NCBI GenBank assembly: GCA_029251005.1
Contig: JAQXEE010000022.1
Coordinates: 1-61,784 of the forward strand
From: Flavobacteriales bacterium
GTDB lineage: Bacteria; Bacteroidota; Bacteroidia; Flavobacteriales_C; GCA-002722245
Direction of reading: 5' to 3'
Length of the DNA stretch: 61,784 bases
Notes under the pieces: model-generated
Databases searched by the model: none
Told to the model about the DNA's origin: nothing
Seen by the model: only the letters and a program-made list of their open reading frames with translations
Part shown: piece after piece, positions 37,973 through 47,947 of the stretch
Position numbering within the stretch: position 1 is the stretch's first letter
How the letters are laid out: each line of letters begins with the position of its first letter
Program-made: the position numbers and the translations under genes

Positions 37973-39256
37973 ATGAAAGTAGACGTATTATTAGGATTAC
38001 AATGGGGAGACGAAGGAAAAGGTAAAATTGTTGACGTTTTCACCCCTAAGTATGATATCATCGCACGTTTTCAAGGTGGACCAAATGCTGGTCATACTTT
38101 AGAATTTGATGGTATTAAACATGTTTTACATACTATTCCTTCTGGAATTTTTCATGAGGACACAATAAACATTATTGGAAATGGTGTTGTAATGGACCCT
38201 ATTATTTTCGAAAGGGAAATAAACGAACTTAAAACATTAAATGTAGACGTTAGTAATAAATTAGTTATTTCAAGAAAAGCACACTTAATTCTCCCTACTC
38301 ATAGAGTTTTAGATGCTGCATCTGAAGCTGCCAAAGGAAAAAATAAGATTGGTTCAACTCTAAAAGGAATTGGACCAACTTATATGGATAAAACTGGCAG
38401 AAACGGGTTAAGAGTTGGCGACTTAGAGTTAGCTGATTTCCAACAGCGTTATGATGCTTTAGTTGCTAAACATGTTGAAATGTTAAAGCAATTTGATTTC
38501 GAATATGATTTCAAAGAAGAAGAAGAAAAATGGATGGCTTCTTTAAGCACACTCAGAGAATTAAATTTCATCGATAGCGAGCATTATATTAGTGAAGCAA
38601 TGAAAGCCGGAAAAACAATTCTAGCTGAGGGAGCTCAAGGTTCACTCTTAGATATCGACTTTGGTTCTTATCCATTTGTTACTTCATCAAATACTGTTTG
38701 TGCAGGTGCTTGTACTGGTTTAGGAGTTGCTCCAAACAAAATTGGTAAAGTTTATGGAATTTTCAAAGCTTACTGTACTCGTGTTGGTAGTGGACCATTC
38801 CCTACCGAATTACATGATCAATTTGGTGAAGATTTAAGAAAAGCTGGTCACGAATTTGGAGCTACTACCGGTAGACCAAGAAGATGTGGTTGGTTAGATT
38901 TACCTGCTCTTAAGTATTCTATCATGTTAAATGGAGTTACTGATTTGATCATGACTAAAGCTGATGTTTTATCTGCTTTTGGAGAATTAAAAGTTTGTAC
39001 TTCTTACCAATACAAAGGTGAAAAGGTTGAACATTTCCCTTATAACATTGATGAAGAAAATATTTCCGCGAACTTCAAATCATTACCAGGCTGGGATAAA
39101 GATTTAACAGAGCTATCTGACATAGCTGAATTACCTCATGAATTAAATGATTACATCGAATACTTAGAAGGAGAATTAGAAGTTCCTATCACTGTTGTTT
39201 CCGTAGGTCCAGACAGAACTCAAACTTTAATGCGTGGTTTAAAAATAAATGCGTAG
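37973..39256 (+). CDS. purA: Adenylosuccinate synthetase
   Basis: QWGDEGKGKIVD, GGPNAGHT, EGAQG, GATTGRPRRCGW, SVGPDR. Confidence 0.98.
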   Translation: MKVDVLLGLQWGDEGKGKIVDVFTPKYDIIARFQGGPNAGHTLEFDGIKHVLHTIPSGIFHEDTINIIGNGVVMDPIIFEREINELKTLNVDVSNKLVISRKAHLILPTHRVLDAASEAAKGKNKIGSTLKGIGPTYMDKTGRNGLRVGDLELADFQQRYDALVAKHVEMLKQFDFEYDFKEEEEKWMASLSTLRELNFIDSEHYISEAMKAGKTILAEGAQGSLLDIDFGSYPFVTSSNTVCAGACTGLGVAPNKIGKVYGIFKAYCTRVGSGPFPTELHDQFGEDLRKAGHEFGATTGRPRRCGWLDLPALKYSIMLNGVTDLIMTKADVLSAFGELKVCTSYQYKGEKVEHFPYNIDEENISANFKSLPGWDKDLTELSDIAELPHELNDYIEYLEGELEVPITVVSVGPDRTQTLMRGLKINA

Positions 39257-40748
39257 TAAACTTTTACTCTTCTTAATATTACTTAACAACCTCCTTTTAG
39301 CTCAAAAAGAGGTTGTTGAGATTTTAGGGGCAAATGAATTAAGACCGGGACGCACTAATGATCATCAAAAACTTGTAGGTAACGTAATTTTAAAATTTGA
39401 CGACACGAAGCTATTCTGTGACAGTGCTGAAGTAAATGGAAAAACACATGATTTCAATGCTTGGGGACAGGTTTTTATAAATCAAAACAATACCACTAAA
39501 GCTTGGGGTGATTCTCTTATTTATGACGGTTTAAAAAAAATTGGGAAATTAATAGGGGACGTTAAAATGAAAAGTGAAAAATCACTTTTAAAAACAAATA
39601 CATTATTTTTTGACAAAGAAAATAACATCGTGTACTACATCAATGGTGCAAACACTAAACAAGATGAATCTCAAATATTTTCTAAAAAAGGGTTTTACAA
39701 TACTAAAACCAAATACCTAAAACTTAGTGATTCCGTTAGAATTAAAAACCCAGAATACACTATTAAATCAGACACACTCGAATATTCAACAAACTCAAAA
39801 ACATCTTACTTTTTAGGACCTACAAATATTCAATTAAAAGAGGAAAAAGTATACTGCGAAGCTGGATTCTATAATCAGACATTAGAAATCGGGCAATTTG
39901 AACAAAATGCCATTCTTCAGAAAGACCAACAATCCCTGAGCGCTGATAGTATCTATTTTAACAAATCAAAGAACATTTCTGAAGCTTTTTACAATGTTGT
40001 TCTTGTGGATTATAAAGAACATTTAAAAGTTAGTGGAGAAAAAAGTTATTTTGATCGCGAAAATAATTTCTCATATATTACTGAAAATGTGTTATTTGCT
40101 CAAGGATCTGAAGATGATACTCTCTATTTAGTTTGTGACACTTTACTTTTAAGAGAGGATGAGCAAAATAAAAAAAGCTTTTTTGCTTATCGAAATGTTA
40201 AATTATTTCAAGCAGAAATGCAGGGGAAATGTGATTCTCTTGCATATAATTTTTCGGATTCATTAATTAAACTCTTTGATGATCCTATAATTTGGAATGG
40301 AGAAAGTCAATTAACTGGTGACTCAATCGACATACTTAATTATGATAATAAAATTCAAAAACTGTTTATCAAAAATAACGGGTTTATTGTTTCTATTACC
40401 GATTCTACTCCAAATCGATTTGATCAAATTAAAGGAAGAGATTTAATTGGTCATTTTAAAAAGGGAAAATTAAATATGATTGATGTTTTAGGAAATGGAC
40501 AAACTATTTATTTTGCAAAAGAAGACGACGGTAAATTTACAGGGGTAAACAAAGCTATTTGTAGCAATATTAAAATAAAATTTAATAATGGTAAAATTGA
40601 CAGAATAAAGTTCCTTTCAATGCCTGAAGCAACCTTCTATCCCCTTTTTGACTTCCCTGAATCAGAATCTATTTTAAAAGGATTCAATTGGCGTCCCGAA
40701 GAGCGACCTTCTTCATTAAAGAACCTACTTATGAAAAGTGATTTGTAA
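39249..40748 (+). CDS. OstA-like (LptA/LptD N-terminal beta-jellyroll) protein
   Basis: Repeated xDSL/DTL motifs, LFCDSA, QGKCDSL, DQIKGR, LKGFNWR; usual position after purA. Confidence 0.85.
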   Translation: MRSKLLLFLILLNNLLLAQKEVVEILGANELRPGRTNDHQKLVGNVILKFDDTKLFCDSAEVNGKTHDFNAWGQVFINQNNTTKAWGDSLIYDGLKKIGKLIGDVKMKSEKSLLKTNTLFFDKENNIVYYINGANTKQDESQIFSKKGFYNTKTKYLKLSDSVRIKNPEYTIKSDTLEYSTNSKTSYFLGPTNIQLKEEKVYCEAGFYNQTLEIGQFEQNAILQKDQQSLSADSIYFNKSKNISEAFYNVVLVDYKEHLKVSGEKSYFDRENNFSYITENVLFAQGSEDDTLYLVCDTLLLREDEQNKKSFFAYRNVKLFQAEMQGKCDSLAYNFSDSLIKLFDDPIIWNGESQLTGDSIDILNYDNKIQKLFIKNNGFIVSITDSTPNRFDQIKGRDLIGHFKKGKLNMIDVLGNGQTIYFAKEDDGKFTGVNKAICSNIKIKFNNGKIDRIKFLSMPEATFYPLFDFPESESILKGFNWRPEERPSSLKNLLMKSDL

Positions 40749-41211
40749 TCTGATAAAGCCCAGCAGACAAGGCATTAGTGACATTCATAGAACTGTTATT
40801 CCCAAACATTTTAATATAAAAGCTAGGAAATTTTTGGAGCCAAATTTCGCTAACACCTGTATTCTCATTACCAATTATCACTCCTACTTTTGAAGAGCTA
40901 AGTTTTAAATCAGACAACGGAATACTATTTTTAGTTAGCTCAATGCAAATCCACTCTCTATCCTCCAAGTCCATACCTTCCAACTTAGCTTTAAATTCAT
41001 AGTTTACATAATTCTGTGTCCCCCTAGCTACAGATTTAGCTCTAGGTGTAATTTTTTTATCACTACCTAAGAAAACTACTTTTAACACACCATAAGCATC
41101 AGCCAATCTTAAAACACCTCCTATATTGGCTGGAGAAGATAATCCGTCACATAAAATAACAATATCTAACGCATGTTTTTCACATATAAATTCGGAATGA
41201 TTGCTTTGCAT
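40729..41211 (-). CDS. TrmH/SpoU family RNA methyltransferase
   Basis: SPANIGGVLRLADAYG, IIGNENTGVS, SSMNVTNA. Confidence 0.9.
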   Translation of the reverse strand: MQSNHSEFICEKHALDIVILCDGLSSPANIGGVLRLADAYGVLKVVFLGSDKKITPRAKSVARGTQNYVNYEFKAKLEGMDLEDREWICIELTKNSIPLSDLKLSSSKVGVIIGNENTGVSEIWLQKFPSFYIKMFGNNSSMNVTNALSAGLYQITNHFS

Positions 41212-41257
41212 GGGATAAAATTAATATAATGGCATAACTAAGAAGATTTTTAAACAC

Positions 41258-41287
41258 AAAAAAAAGGCTACCCATTGGTAGCCTTTT
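41258..41287 (-). terminator. Intrinsic terminator after pdhC
   Basis: AAAAGGCTACC-catt-GGTAGCCTTTT, U tract on the minus strand. Confidence 0.85.
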
Positions 41288-41304
41288 AAATAAAAAAATC
41301 ATTT

Positions 41305-42561
41305 TTACAACTCATACATTAAAACAGGATTCTCAAGAATCTGCTTAAATGTTAAAAGGAATGCAGCTCCTACAGCTCCATCAACAGCTCTATGATCACA
41401 AGACAAAGTGACTTTCATTATGTTCCCAGGAACAATTTCATTGTTTTTAACAACAGGAACTTGCTTAATACCACCTATTGCCATAATAGCAGCATCTGGT
41501 GAATTGATAATTGAAGTGAAGGATTCAATTCCAAACATCCCTAAATTAGATACTGTAAAAGTTGATCCAGCCCAATCATCTGGAGTTAATTTATTATCTT
41601 TTGCTCTAACTGAATAGTCTTTAACTTCTGCAGAAATATCTTGTAGAGACTTCTGATCAGCAAAACGAACTACGGGAACCAATAAGCCGTTTTCAACAGC
41701 CATAGCAACTCCGATATGAACATGATCATTATACCTTACTCTATCTCCTAAGAATGAGCAGTTCACTCCAGGATGTTTCTTTAAAGCTTTAGCTGTTGCC
41801 TTAAGTACCATATCGTTAAAGGAAACCTTAGTTCCTTTAGCTTCTATAATCGCCTTACGCGCAACCATTGCGTTATCCATATCAATAGACTGAGTCAAGT
41901 AAAAATGTGGTGCGCTAAATTTAGATTCTGATAAGCGCTGCCCTATCACCTTTCTCATAGAGTTTAAGCCCTCCTCGTAAAAGCTCTCTGATGTGTTAAC
42001 AACTCCTCCAGGAATAAAGTTCTCTATATCTCTTTTTACTATTCTTCCTCCATCCCCTGACCCAGGAACTTGAGATAATGGAATATTTTTTTCTTCTGCT
42101 AATTTTCTAGCTAATGGCGAAGCAACTATTTTACCGTCGTTCAAAACAGCAGGAGCTGATGAAGCAGTCTTTGGAGCTGAGCTTTCAACTGGCGCAGGAA
42201 TAGGTGTTGGAGCAACAGGTGTTTTGGGAGCAACAGGTGCATCAGCTTTCGGAGTCGCTTCTATCTTGTCGCTTTCAGCAGGTTTCTTCTTAGCCTCTTC
42301 TAAGATGGCAGTAACATCTTCACCCTCATCGCCTAAAATGGCAAGAATAGAGTCGACTGGAGCAGTCGCTCCTGCTTCTATTCCAATATGAAGTAAAACG
42401 CCTTCTTGAAAGGATTCAAACTCCATAGTAGCCTTATCAGACTCTATTTCAGCCAGTAAATCTCCGCTTTCAACTTTATCTCCAACCTTCTTATGCCATT
42501 CAGCTACGACTCCTTCAGTCATCGTATCACTTAATTTAGGCATTAAAACTATTTCAGCCAT
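41305..42561 (-). CDS. pdhC: Pyruvate dehydrogenase E2 dihydrolipoamide acetyltransferase (single lipoyl domain)
   Basis: MPKLSDTMTEG, ESDKA lipoyl Lys, ASPLARKLA E3-binding domain, DHRAVDG. Confidence 0.95.
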   Translation of the reverse strand: MAEIVLMPKLSDTMTEGVVAEWHKKVGDKVESGDLLAEIESDKATMEFESFQEGVLLHIGIEAGATAPVDSILAILGDEGEDVTAILEEAKKKPAESDKIEATPKADAPVAPKTPVAPTPIPAPVESSAPKTASSAPAVLNDGKIVASPLARKLAEEKNIPLSQVPGSGDGGRIVKRDIENFIPGGVVNTSESFYEEGLNSMRKVIGQRLSESKFSAPHFYLTQSIDMDNAMVARKAIIEAKGTKVSFNDMVLKATAKALKKHPGVNCSFLGDRVRYNDHVHIGVAMAVENGLLVPVVRFADQKSLQDISAEVKDYSVRAKDNKLTPDDWAGSTFTVSNLGMFGIESFTSIINSPDAAIMAIGGIKQVPVVKNNEIVPGNIMKVTLSCDHRAVDGAVGAAFLLTFKQILENPVLMYEL

Positions 42562-42587
42562 AATTGCTTATTCTTTTATTTAGTTTT

Positions 42588-43598
42588 CTAAATTTCTTTA
42601 ATGAATGGGTAATCTTTTTGAGCGTAGATACCGTCATAAATATCGCCTGCTTGAGGAAAATCTCCAGCTTCAGCAAATTCAACACACTCTTCAATAGTTT
42701 GTTTGATTTTTGACTCAATTGCTTTCAATTCATCTTCAGAAGCGTAATTGTTCTCATTGATTGTAGAAAGTACGGATGCAATCGGATCTCTATCCTTGTA
42801 AGAATTTAATTCTTCTTTAGTTCTATACTTTGCTGGGTCAGACATCGAATGCCCCTTGTATCTATAAGTTCTAATTTCCAACAAAGTTGGTCCGTCACCA
42901 TTTCTTGCTCTTTCAACAGCTTCTTCAAATGCATCAGCACAATCTTCAACACTCATACCGTTAACTGCAAAAGAAGGCATTTCGTATGCATGACCTAATT
43001 TAAATAATTCAGTAACGTTGGAAGTTCTTTCTACAGAAGTTCCCATAGCGTACATATTATTTTCTATGACAAAAATAGAAGGTAACTTCCAAGTCATTGC
43101 CATATTTAACGCTTCATGGAATGCCCCTTGACGAACAGCACCGTCACCCATTAAACAAATATTAACATTCTTTGTTCCTTTATATTTTTCAGCAAAAGCA
43201 ATACCCGCGCCTAAAGGAATATGTCCTCCAACTATTCCATGCCCTCCAAAGAAACCTTTTTCTTTATCAAACATGTGCATAGACCCACCTCTTCCTTTGG
43301 AAATACCAGACGTTTTACCAAAAAGCTCAGCCATAATAATCTTAGGGTCAGTTCCTCTTCCGATTGGTTGACAATGATCACGATAAGTCGTAATAACACT
43401 ATCTCCTTTACCTAAAACAGTTTCGTACCCAGCAACAATTGCTTCTTGACCAATGTATAAATGACAGAAACCACGAATCTTTTGCTGAATATAAGAAGCA
43501 GAGGCCTTTTCCTCAAACTTACGGTATAAAAGCATTTCTTCATACCATTTTAAGTACTGTTCTTTCGAGTACTTTTTAGACTTAAGATCTTTTGACAT
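42588..43598 (-). CDS. pdhA: Pyruvate dehydrogenase E1 alpha subunit
   Basis: GFCHLYIGQEA, GRGGSMH, GDGA...ENN TPP motif, TYRYKGHSMSDP. Confidence 0.97.
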   Translation of the reverse strand: MSKDLKSKKYSKEQYLKWYEEMLLYRKFEEKASASYIQQKIRGFCHLYIGQEAIVAGYETVLGKGDSVITTYRDHCQPIGRGTDPKIIMAELFGKTSGISKGRGGSMHMFDKEKGFFGGHGIVGGHIPLGAGIAFAEKYKGTKNVNICLMGDGAVRQGAFHEALNMAMTWKLPSIFVIENNMYAMGTSVERTSNVTELFKLGHAYEMPSFAVNGMSVEDCADAFEEAVERARNGDGPTLLEIRTYRYKGHSMSDPAKYRTKEELNSYKDRDPIASVLSTINENNYASEDELKAIESKIKQTIEECVEFAEAGDFPQAGDIYDGIYAQKDYPFIKEI

Positions 43599-43623
43599 AA
43601 AATGAATTATTTTATTCTACTTA

Positions 43624-43631
43624 CAAAAGTA
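43624..43631 (-). promoter_or_regulatory. Bacteroidota -7 element (TACTTTTG) for pdhAC
   Basis: Exact TAnnTTTG 25 bp upstream of pdhA. Confidence 0.65.
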
Positions 43632-43872
43632 ATAAAGTCCGCTTTAATATACGATACATAAATAGTTTTTTCGTAGAATTAAAAATTAACAATTCAGCGT
43701 ACAAAGTAAGATAAATGGAATTTACAGCATCAAAAAAAAATATAAAAAACTAATAATGAATAAGATAGGAAGACAACGGAGATTATAGAGAGTTCTTAAA
43801 TACAACTAAAAAATATACACTATTCAAAGGATTTTTCAGGAAATTTATTTATCCTCATATTTTAACTAAAAA

Positions 43873-45138
43873 TCACAAGAAATCAACTACTTTTTCAAGT
43901 TCAATACTTCGAGAACCTTTGATTAAAATTTGAGTTTTTGAAATATTTTTTAAAAATCCATCTTTAATTAAATCATTAACAGACTCAAAAACGTTTACCT
44001 TTTCACTCTTTATTGACATAAACTCATCGCCTACAAAAACTGAATTTTCATCACTTAATTTTGCTAAAATAAGCTCATGTTCTTTCTTCGAGATATTTCC
44101 AAGTTCTTTCATACTACCAATGATAAAAAGCTTGCCACCAGACATAGATAATAATTCATCAATTGCTAAATTTAAGCTTGAAGGATTAGCATTATAAGCA
44201 TCTAATATTAAATGATTGCCCCTTTCTGTAATTTTTAATTGACTTCTATTATTTCTTGGTTTATAGTTTTCTATTGATTTCTTGGAATCCTCGTATGGGA
44301 CTTGAAATTCTTTACCTACAGCAAGAGCTGTTAAAACATTACTACCGTTGTATTTACCAAAAAGATTCGTTTTGAGGGAATCCTTATTTATTATCATCTC
44401 TAATTGATATGACTTTTCAATTACATCAAAATCAAAACCAGTACCCTTTCCATATTCAATTACATGAGAATAACTACGCGTTAGAGCAATCAAATACTCC
44501 TCACTTTTATTAACAAATAAAATACCTTGTTTATTAATTATATAGTCATATAATTCAGTCTTTGTTTTAATAACTCCTTGTGCACTGCCAAAGCCTTCAA
44601 TATGTGCAGTACCAATATTTGTAATTAAACCGTAATCAGGTTCAGCTATTTCACAAAGCTCCAATATATCTCCCGGCTTATTTGCTCCCATCTCTATTAT
44701 TGCAAAATCATGTTCTTTCCTTAGCTTCAATAATGTTAAAGGAACACCAATATGATTATTTAAATTACCAAGAGTATAAAGTAAATTAAACTTCGTTGAT
44801 AATGCACAGGCTAGCAATTCTTTTGTTGTTGTCTTCCCATTTGTACCTGTTATCGCTAAAACAGGAATCTTAAATTGACTCCTGTGATAATTTGCTAATT
44901 CTTGCAGAGCGATTAAAGTATTCTCTACATAAATAACATTCTCTTTCTTTTTGTTCTCTGGATTGTCTGAAATAGCAATTTTACAACCATTTTCAATTGC
45001 CGTATTAATAAATTTGTTACCGTCAAAATTATCTCCACTTAAGGCAAAAAACAAAGAATTCCTTTCTATTGATCTCGTATCTGTACAAATATTTTGACCA
45101 CATTGATTAAAAGCCGAATAGAGTTGCTGAATATCCAT
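43873..45138 (-). CDS. murF: UDP-MurNAc-tripeptide--D-Ala-D-Ala ligase
   Basis: TDTR, ITGTNGKTTTKE, GNLNNHIGVPLTL, EMGA, DAYNANPSS, KGSR. Confidence 0.96.
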   Translation of the reverse strand: MDIQQLYSAFNQCGQNICTDTRSIERNSLFFALSGDNFDGNKFINTAIENGCKIAISDNPENKKKENVIYVENTLIALQELANYHRSQFKIPVLAITGTNGKTTTKELLACALSTKFNLLYTLGNLNNHIGVPLTLLKLRKEHDFAIIEMGANKPGDILELCEIAEPDYGLITNIGTAHIEGFGSAQGVIKTKTELYDYIINKQGILFVNKSEEYLIALTRSYSHVIEYGKGTGFDFDVIEKSYQLEMIINKDSLKTNLFGKYNGSNVLTALAVGKEFQVPYEDSKKSIENYKPRNNRSQLKITERGNHLILDAYNANPSSLNLAIDELLSMSGGKLFIIGSMKELGNISKKEHELILAKLSDENSVFVGDEFMSIKSEKVNVFESVNDLIKDGFLKNISKTQILIKGSRSIELEKVVDFL

Positions 45139-45149
45139 ATTATAAAAAT

Positions 45150-45181
45150 AAAAAAGCCCTCTGAAAAATCAGAGGGCTTTT
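45150..45181 (-). terminator. Intrinsic terminator after gldJ
   Basis: AAAAGCCCTCTGA-aaaa-TCAGAGGGCTTTT perfect stem. Confidence 0.88.
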
Positions 45182-45200
45182 AAAATAAGTTTTCATTATT

Positions 45201-46688
45201 TTATTCCCAAGCAGTTGGACTACCAACTCTGTGCATTGCACAACGGAAACCTAAATTATCTTGATCTTGATCCTCATCGAGGAATCTTCTTGTTCCTGGA
45301 GCCATCCAATAAACTCTATCTTTCCAATTTCCACCTTTGTAAACTCTAGTTCTGTTTGATTGTAAAGAATGTGTTGCTGTTTCATACATCAGTTTTCCTG
45401 CTGGAGCTGTAGCTTTAGCACCGTCATTGTAGAAAACAGAAGAAGAAAATTCACCATCCAAGAAATCAATATTTTGAGATTTCTTATAGTTTCTTCTTTT
45501 CTCTAATTCATCTTCTGGATTCTTAATATCAACGCCTCTCATAACCATTTTCCCTAATGAATCTTTTTCTAAATAATAACCATCCACATCTTTTTCATAG
45601 GTTTCAAAAACATTACCTCTAAAAGATCTAAATTCATTGTTATCCTCGAGTGAAAGAGGTCTGTAAACATCCATTACCCATTCAGAAACATTCCCTGCCA
45701 TTTGGTATAAACCATAATCATTTGGCCAATAAGATCTAACTGGAGCGGTTATATCAGCGGCATCATTCAAACGAGAAGCAACCCCCATATAATCTCCTTT
45801 AGCTCGTGTAATATTGGCCATCATTTCTCCTTGCCAATTATCATCTTTATTACGAACCCAATGTCCATTCCAAGGATAAATCCTTCTGTCTAATATTCTT
45901 TCGTCAATTGTATTTCCAATTAATCCCAATGCAGCAAACTCCCACTCTGACTCAGTTGGTAAACGATAACGAGGTAAAAGAATACCATCTTCAACTCTAA
46001 CTTTTCTAAATTCATTATTAGGGTTAAGGTCAATCATTTCATCTTTAACCAAACCTTCATATTGCCCTTTCAAATAAGTGTCCAAGTTAAAGTTATCTTC
46101 ATTTGCCTGATTAGGATTTATTTTAAGAATTCCTTCTCTAATTAAAATCCACTCATTAACTCTATCAGTTCGCCAAACAGCATAATCAGTTGCTTGTAAC
46201 CAAGTTACTCCAACTACTGGATACTCAGAATAAGCAGGGTGTCTATAATATAATTCAACATAGGGTTTAGTGAAAGATAATTCGTCTCTCCACGCTAATG
46301 TATCAGGTAAAGCATTTACAAATACTTGTGGATAATCAGCTCCATATACTCTTCTTAACCAATGAACATACTCCCTCCAATCAACATTTCTAATTTCAGT
46401 TTCATCAAGATAAAAGGAAGAAACTGATTGAGTCCTAGGAACATTGTTCCATTGGTGAACAACATCTTGTTCGATCGCGCCCATTGTAAAACGACCACCT
46501 TCAACTAAGATTAAACCGGGACCAGTCTCTTGCTCGTAAAATGGAACAACTTCAAATCCACCATTTTTAGGAGTATTAACCCCCCATCCAGTTGTACCCG
46601 AAACTTCTTTTCGACATGAACTTAGGAATACTGTCCCAATAAATATTAGAACAGCAACTTTGAAGCACTTTGCAATTAACTTTTTCAT
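45201..46688 (-). CDS. gldJ: Gliding motility lipoprotein GldJ (FGE-sulfatase domain)
   Basis: Lipobox LSSC; SGTTGW...ETGPGL, YPVVGVTW.QA..Y..WRTDRVNE, YRLPTESEWE, GFRCAM; gldJ-murF synteny. Confidence 0.88.
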   Translation of the reverse strand: MKKLIAKCFKVAVLIFIGTVFLSSCRKEVSGTTGWGVNTPKNGGFEVVPFYEQETGPGLILVEGGRFTMGAIEQDVVHQWNNVPRTQSVSSFYLDETEIRNVDWREYVHWLRRVYGADYPQVFVNALPDTLAWRDELSFTKPYVELYYRHPAYSEYPVVGVTWLQATDYAVWRTDRVNEWILIREGILKINPNQANEDNFNLDTYLKGQYEGLVKDEMIDLNPNNEFRKVRVEDGILLPRYRLPTESEWEFAALGLIGNTIDERILDRRIYPWNGHWVRNKDDNWQGEMMANITRAKGDYMGVASRLNDAADITAPVRSYWPNDYGLYQMAGNVSEWVMDVYRPLSLEDNNEFRSFRGNVFETYEKDVDGYYLEKDSLGKMVMRGVDIKNPEDELEKRRNYKKSQNIDFLDGEFSSSVFYNDGAKATAPAGKLMYETATHSLQSNRTRVYKGGNWKDRVYWMAPGTRRFLDEDQDQDNLGFRCAMHRVGSPTAWE

Positions 46689-46712
46689 AATAGTAACCAG
46701 TTTACTTACAAT

Positions 46713-46741
46713 TAATAACGATTTTTTTCAAAAACGTAACA
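46713..46741 (-). promoter_or_regulatory. Candidate bipartite (ECF-type) promoter TGTTAC-N15-CGTTATTA upstream of gldJ
   Basis: Near-identical motif also present upstream of porP (47860-47889). Confidence 0.35.
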
Positions 46742-46770
46742 TTTAAACACAGCTTTTTATTTCACACACG

Positions 46771-47781
46771 TTAAAAAGAAGGACAACTAACAGGAGTAAA
46801 CTTCTTCTTTTTTGGTCTACAGTTAAACTGAAAAGTCATCGACAATTCATGAGAACCTGCACTAGCATTACTAAGTTTAGAAACTGTAACATCATAACTG
46901 TAACCAAATCTAAAATTTGTAGTTTGTAATCCTACTAAAACAATGAATGCATCTTCATTTCTATACCAAAGACCTCCTACTATTGGACCTTTTGTAACGT
47001 ATACACCAAGATTTAATTGTTGAAAATCTTGTTGTTTTTGATATAAAATATTTGGAGAAATTGAACTTTCTGGTAAAGTATTTGGATTTCTTCTTCTTCT
47101 TCTTTTATGCCTGGTACTTGCTGAACCAATTGGAATTATTGCTCCAGTATGAGCGGTTATTTTCATAGGTAAAGGACTTGAACCTGAACTTATAAAAGCT
47201 TCATCTGGTTCAAGTAAATGATGAGCAGCACCTCCAATGAAGAAGGATGAGCTATATCCTAAAATACCCGCTGAAAAATCAACATTAGTAACTGTCCTGT
47301 TTGGATTTCGTTCACTTGTTTGACTAATAAACCCTAGTTTGTTGTCAATCATATCTCCAAAAGTCAACTTGGTCCAATCAACACTTTTTTGAGCAAATGC
47401 CGCTTGAACACCTGCTTTAACAGAGAAACTATTTGTAACGGGTAAATAATACGAATACATCACAGCTGCATTTGTTGTATTGATAGTCCCGTTACCTGCT
47501 TGATCATTTGTAACTAAAATACCTAAACCCCCTGACATTGCGTCTACATGCTGGTCATAAGATGCGCTGTAGGTTATGTATGTTCTATTTATACCAGGCC
47601 ATTGATTCCTGTAATTCATTACCATCCGTGGACACCTAGAACTTCCGGCAAATGCAGGATTTAAATACAAAGGATTAGCGTAAAACTGCGTAAATTCAGG
47701 ATCCTGAGCTTGCACTCCACCGTTAAAAAAAACGGTTCCAAATACTGCTACACATGTTAAAAGCAAGATTCTATTAGCCAT
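46771..47781 (-). CDS. porP: T9SS outer-membrane protein, PorP/SprF family
   Basis: AQDPEFTQFYANPLYLNPAFAG, YRNQW, GYSYD, GSHELS, terminal CPSF. Confidence 0.9.
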   Translation of the reverse strand: MANRILLLTCVAVFGTVFFNGGVQAQDPEFTQFYANPLYLNPAFAGSSRCPRMVMNYRNQWPGINRTYITYSASYDQHVDAMSGGLGILVTNDQAGNGTINTTNAAVMYSYYLPVTNSFSVKAGVQAAFAQKSVDWTKLTFGDMIDNKLGFISQTSERNPNRTVTNVDFSAGILGYSSSFFIGGAAHHLLEPDEAFISSGSSPLPMKITAHTGAIIPIGSASTRHKRRRRRNPNTLPESSISPNILYQKQQDFQQLNLGVYVTKGPIVGGLWYRNEDAFIVLVGLQTTNFRFGYSYDVTVSKLSNASAGSHELSMTFQFNCRPKKKKFTPVSCPSF

Positions 47782-47859
47782 ACTTAAAACTTTTCAAGTT
47801 ACAATATTAATGAATATTTGCTTAAATATACAATTCACTGCTATCATACATCATAATTC

Positions 47860-47889
47860 TAATAACTATTTAATGTTAAAAAAGTAACA
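47860..47889 (-). promoter_or_regulatory. Candidate bipartite promoter TGTTAC-N16-AGTTATTA upstream of porP
   Basis: Matches the motif upstream of gldJ. Confidence 0.3.
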
Positions 47890-47947
47890 TTGAATACCTA
47901 TAGTTCAACTAAATCACTTAAATTTAAGAGACTAATTTATTTTTTTA

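Noticed and set aside
41305-43598. pdhA-pdhC without pdhB
   Set aside because: A separately located pdhB is usual in Bacteroidota; not unusual
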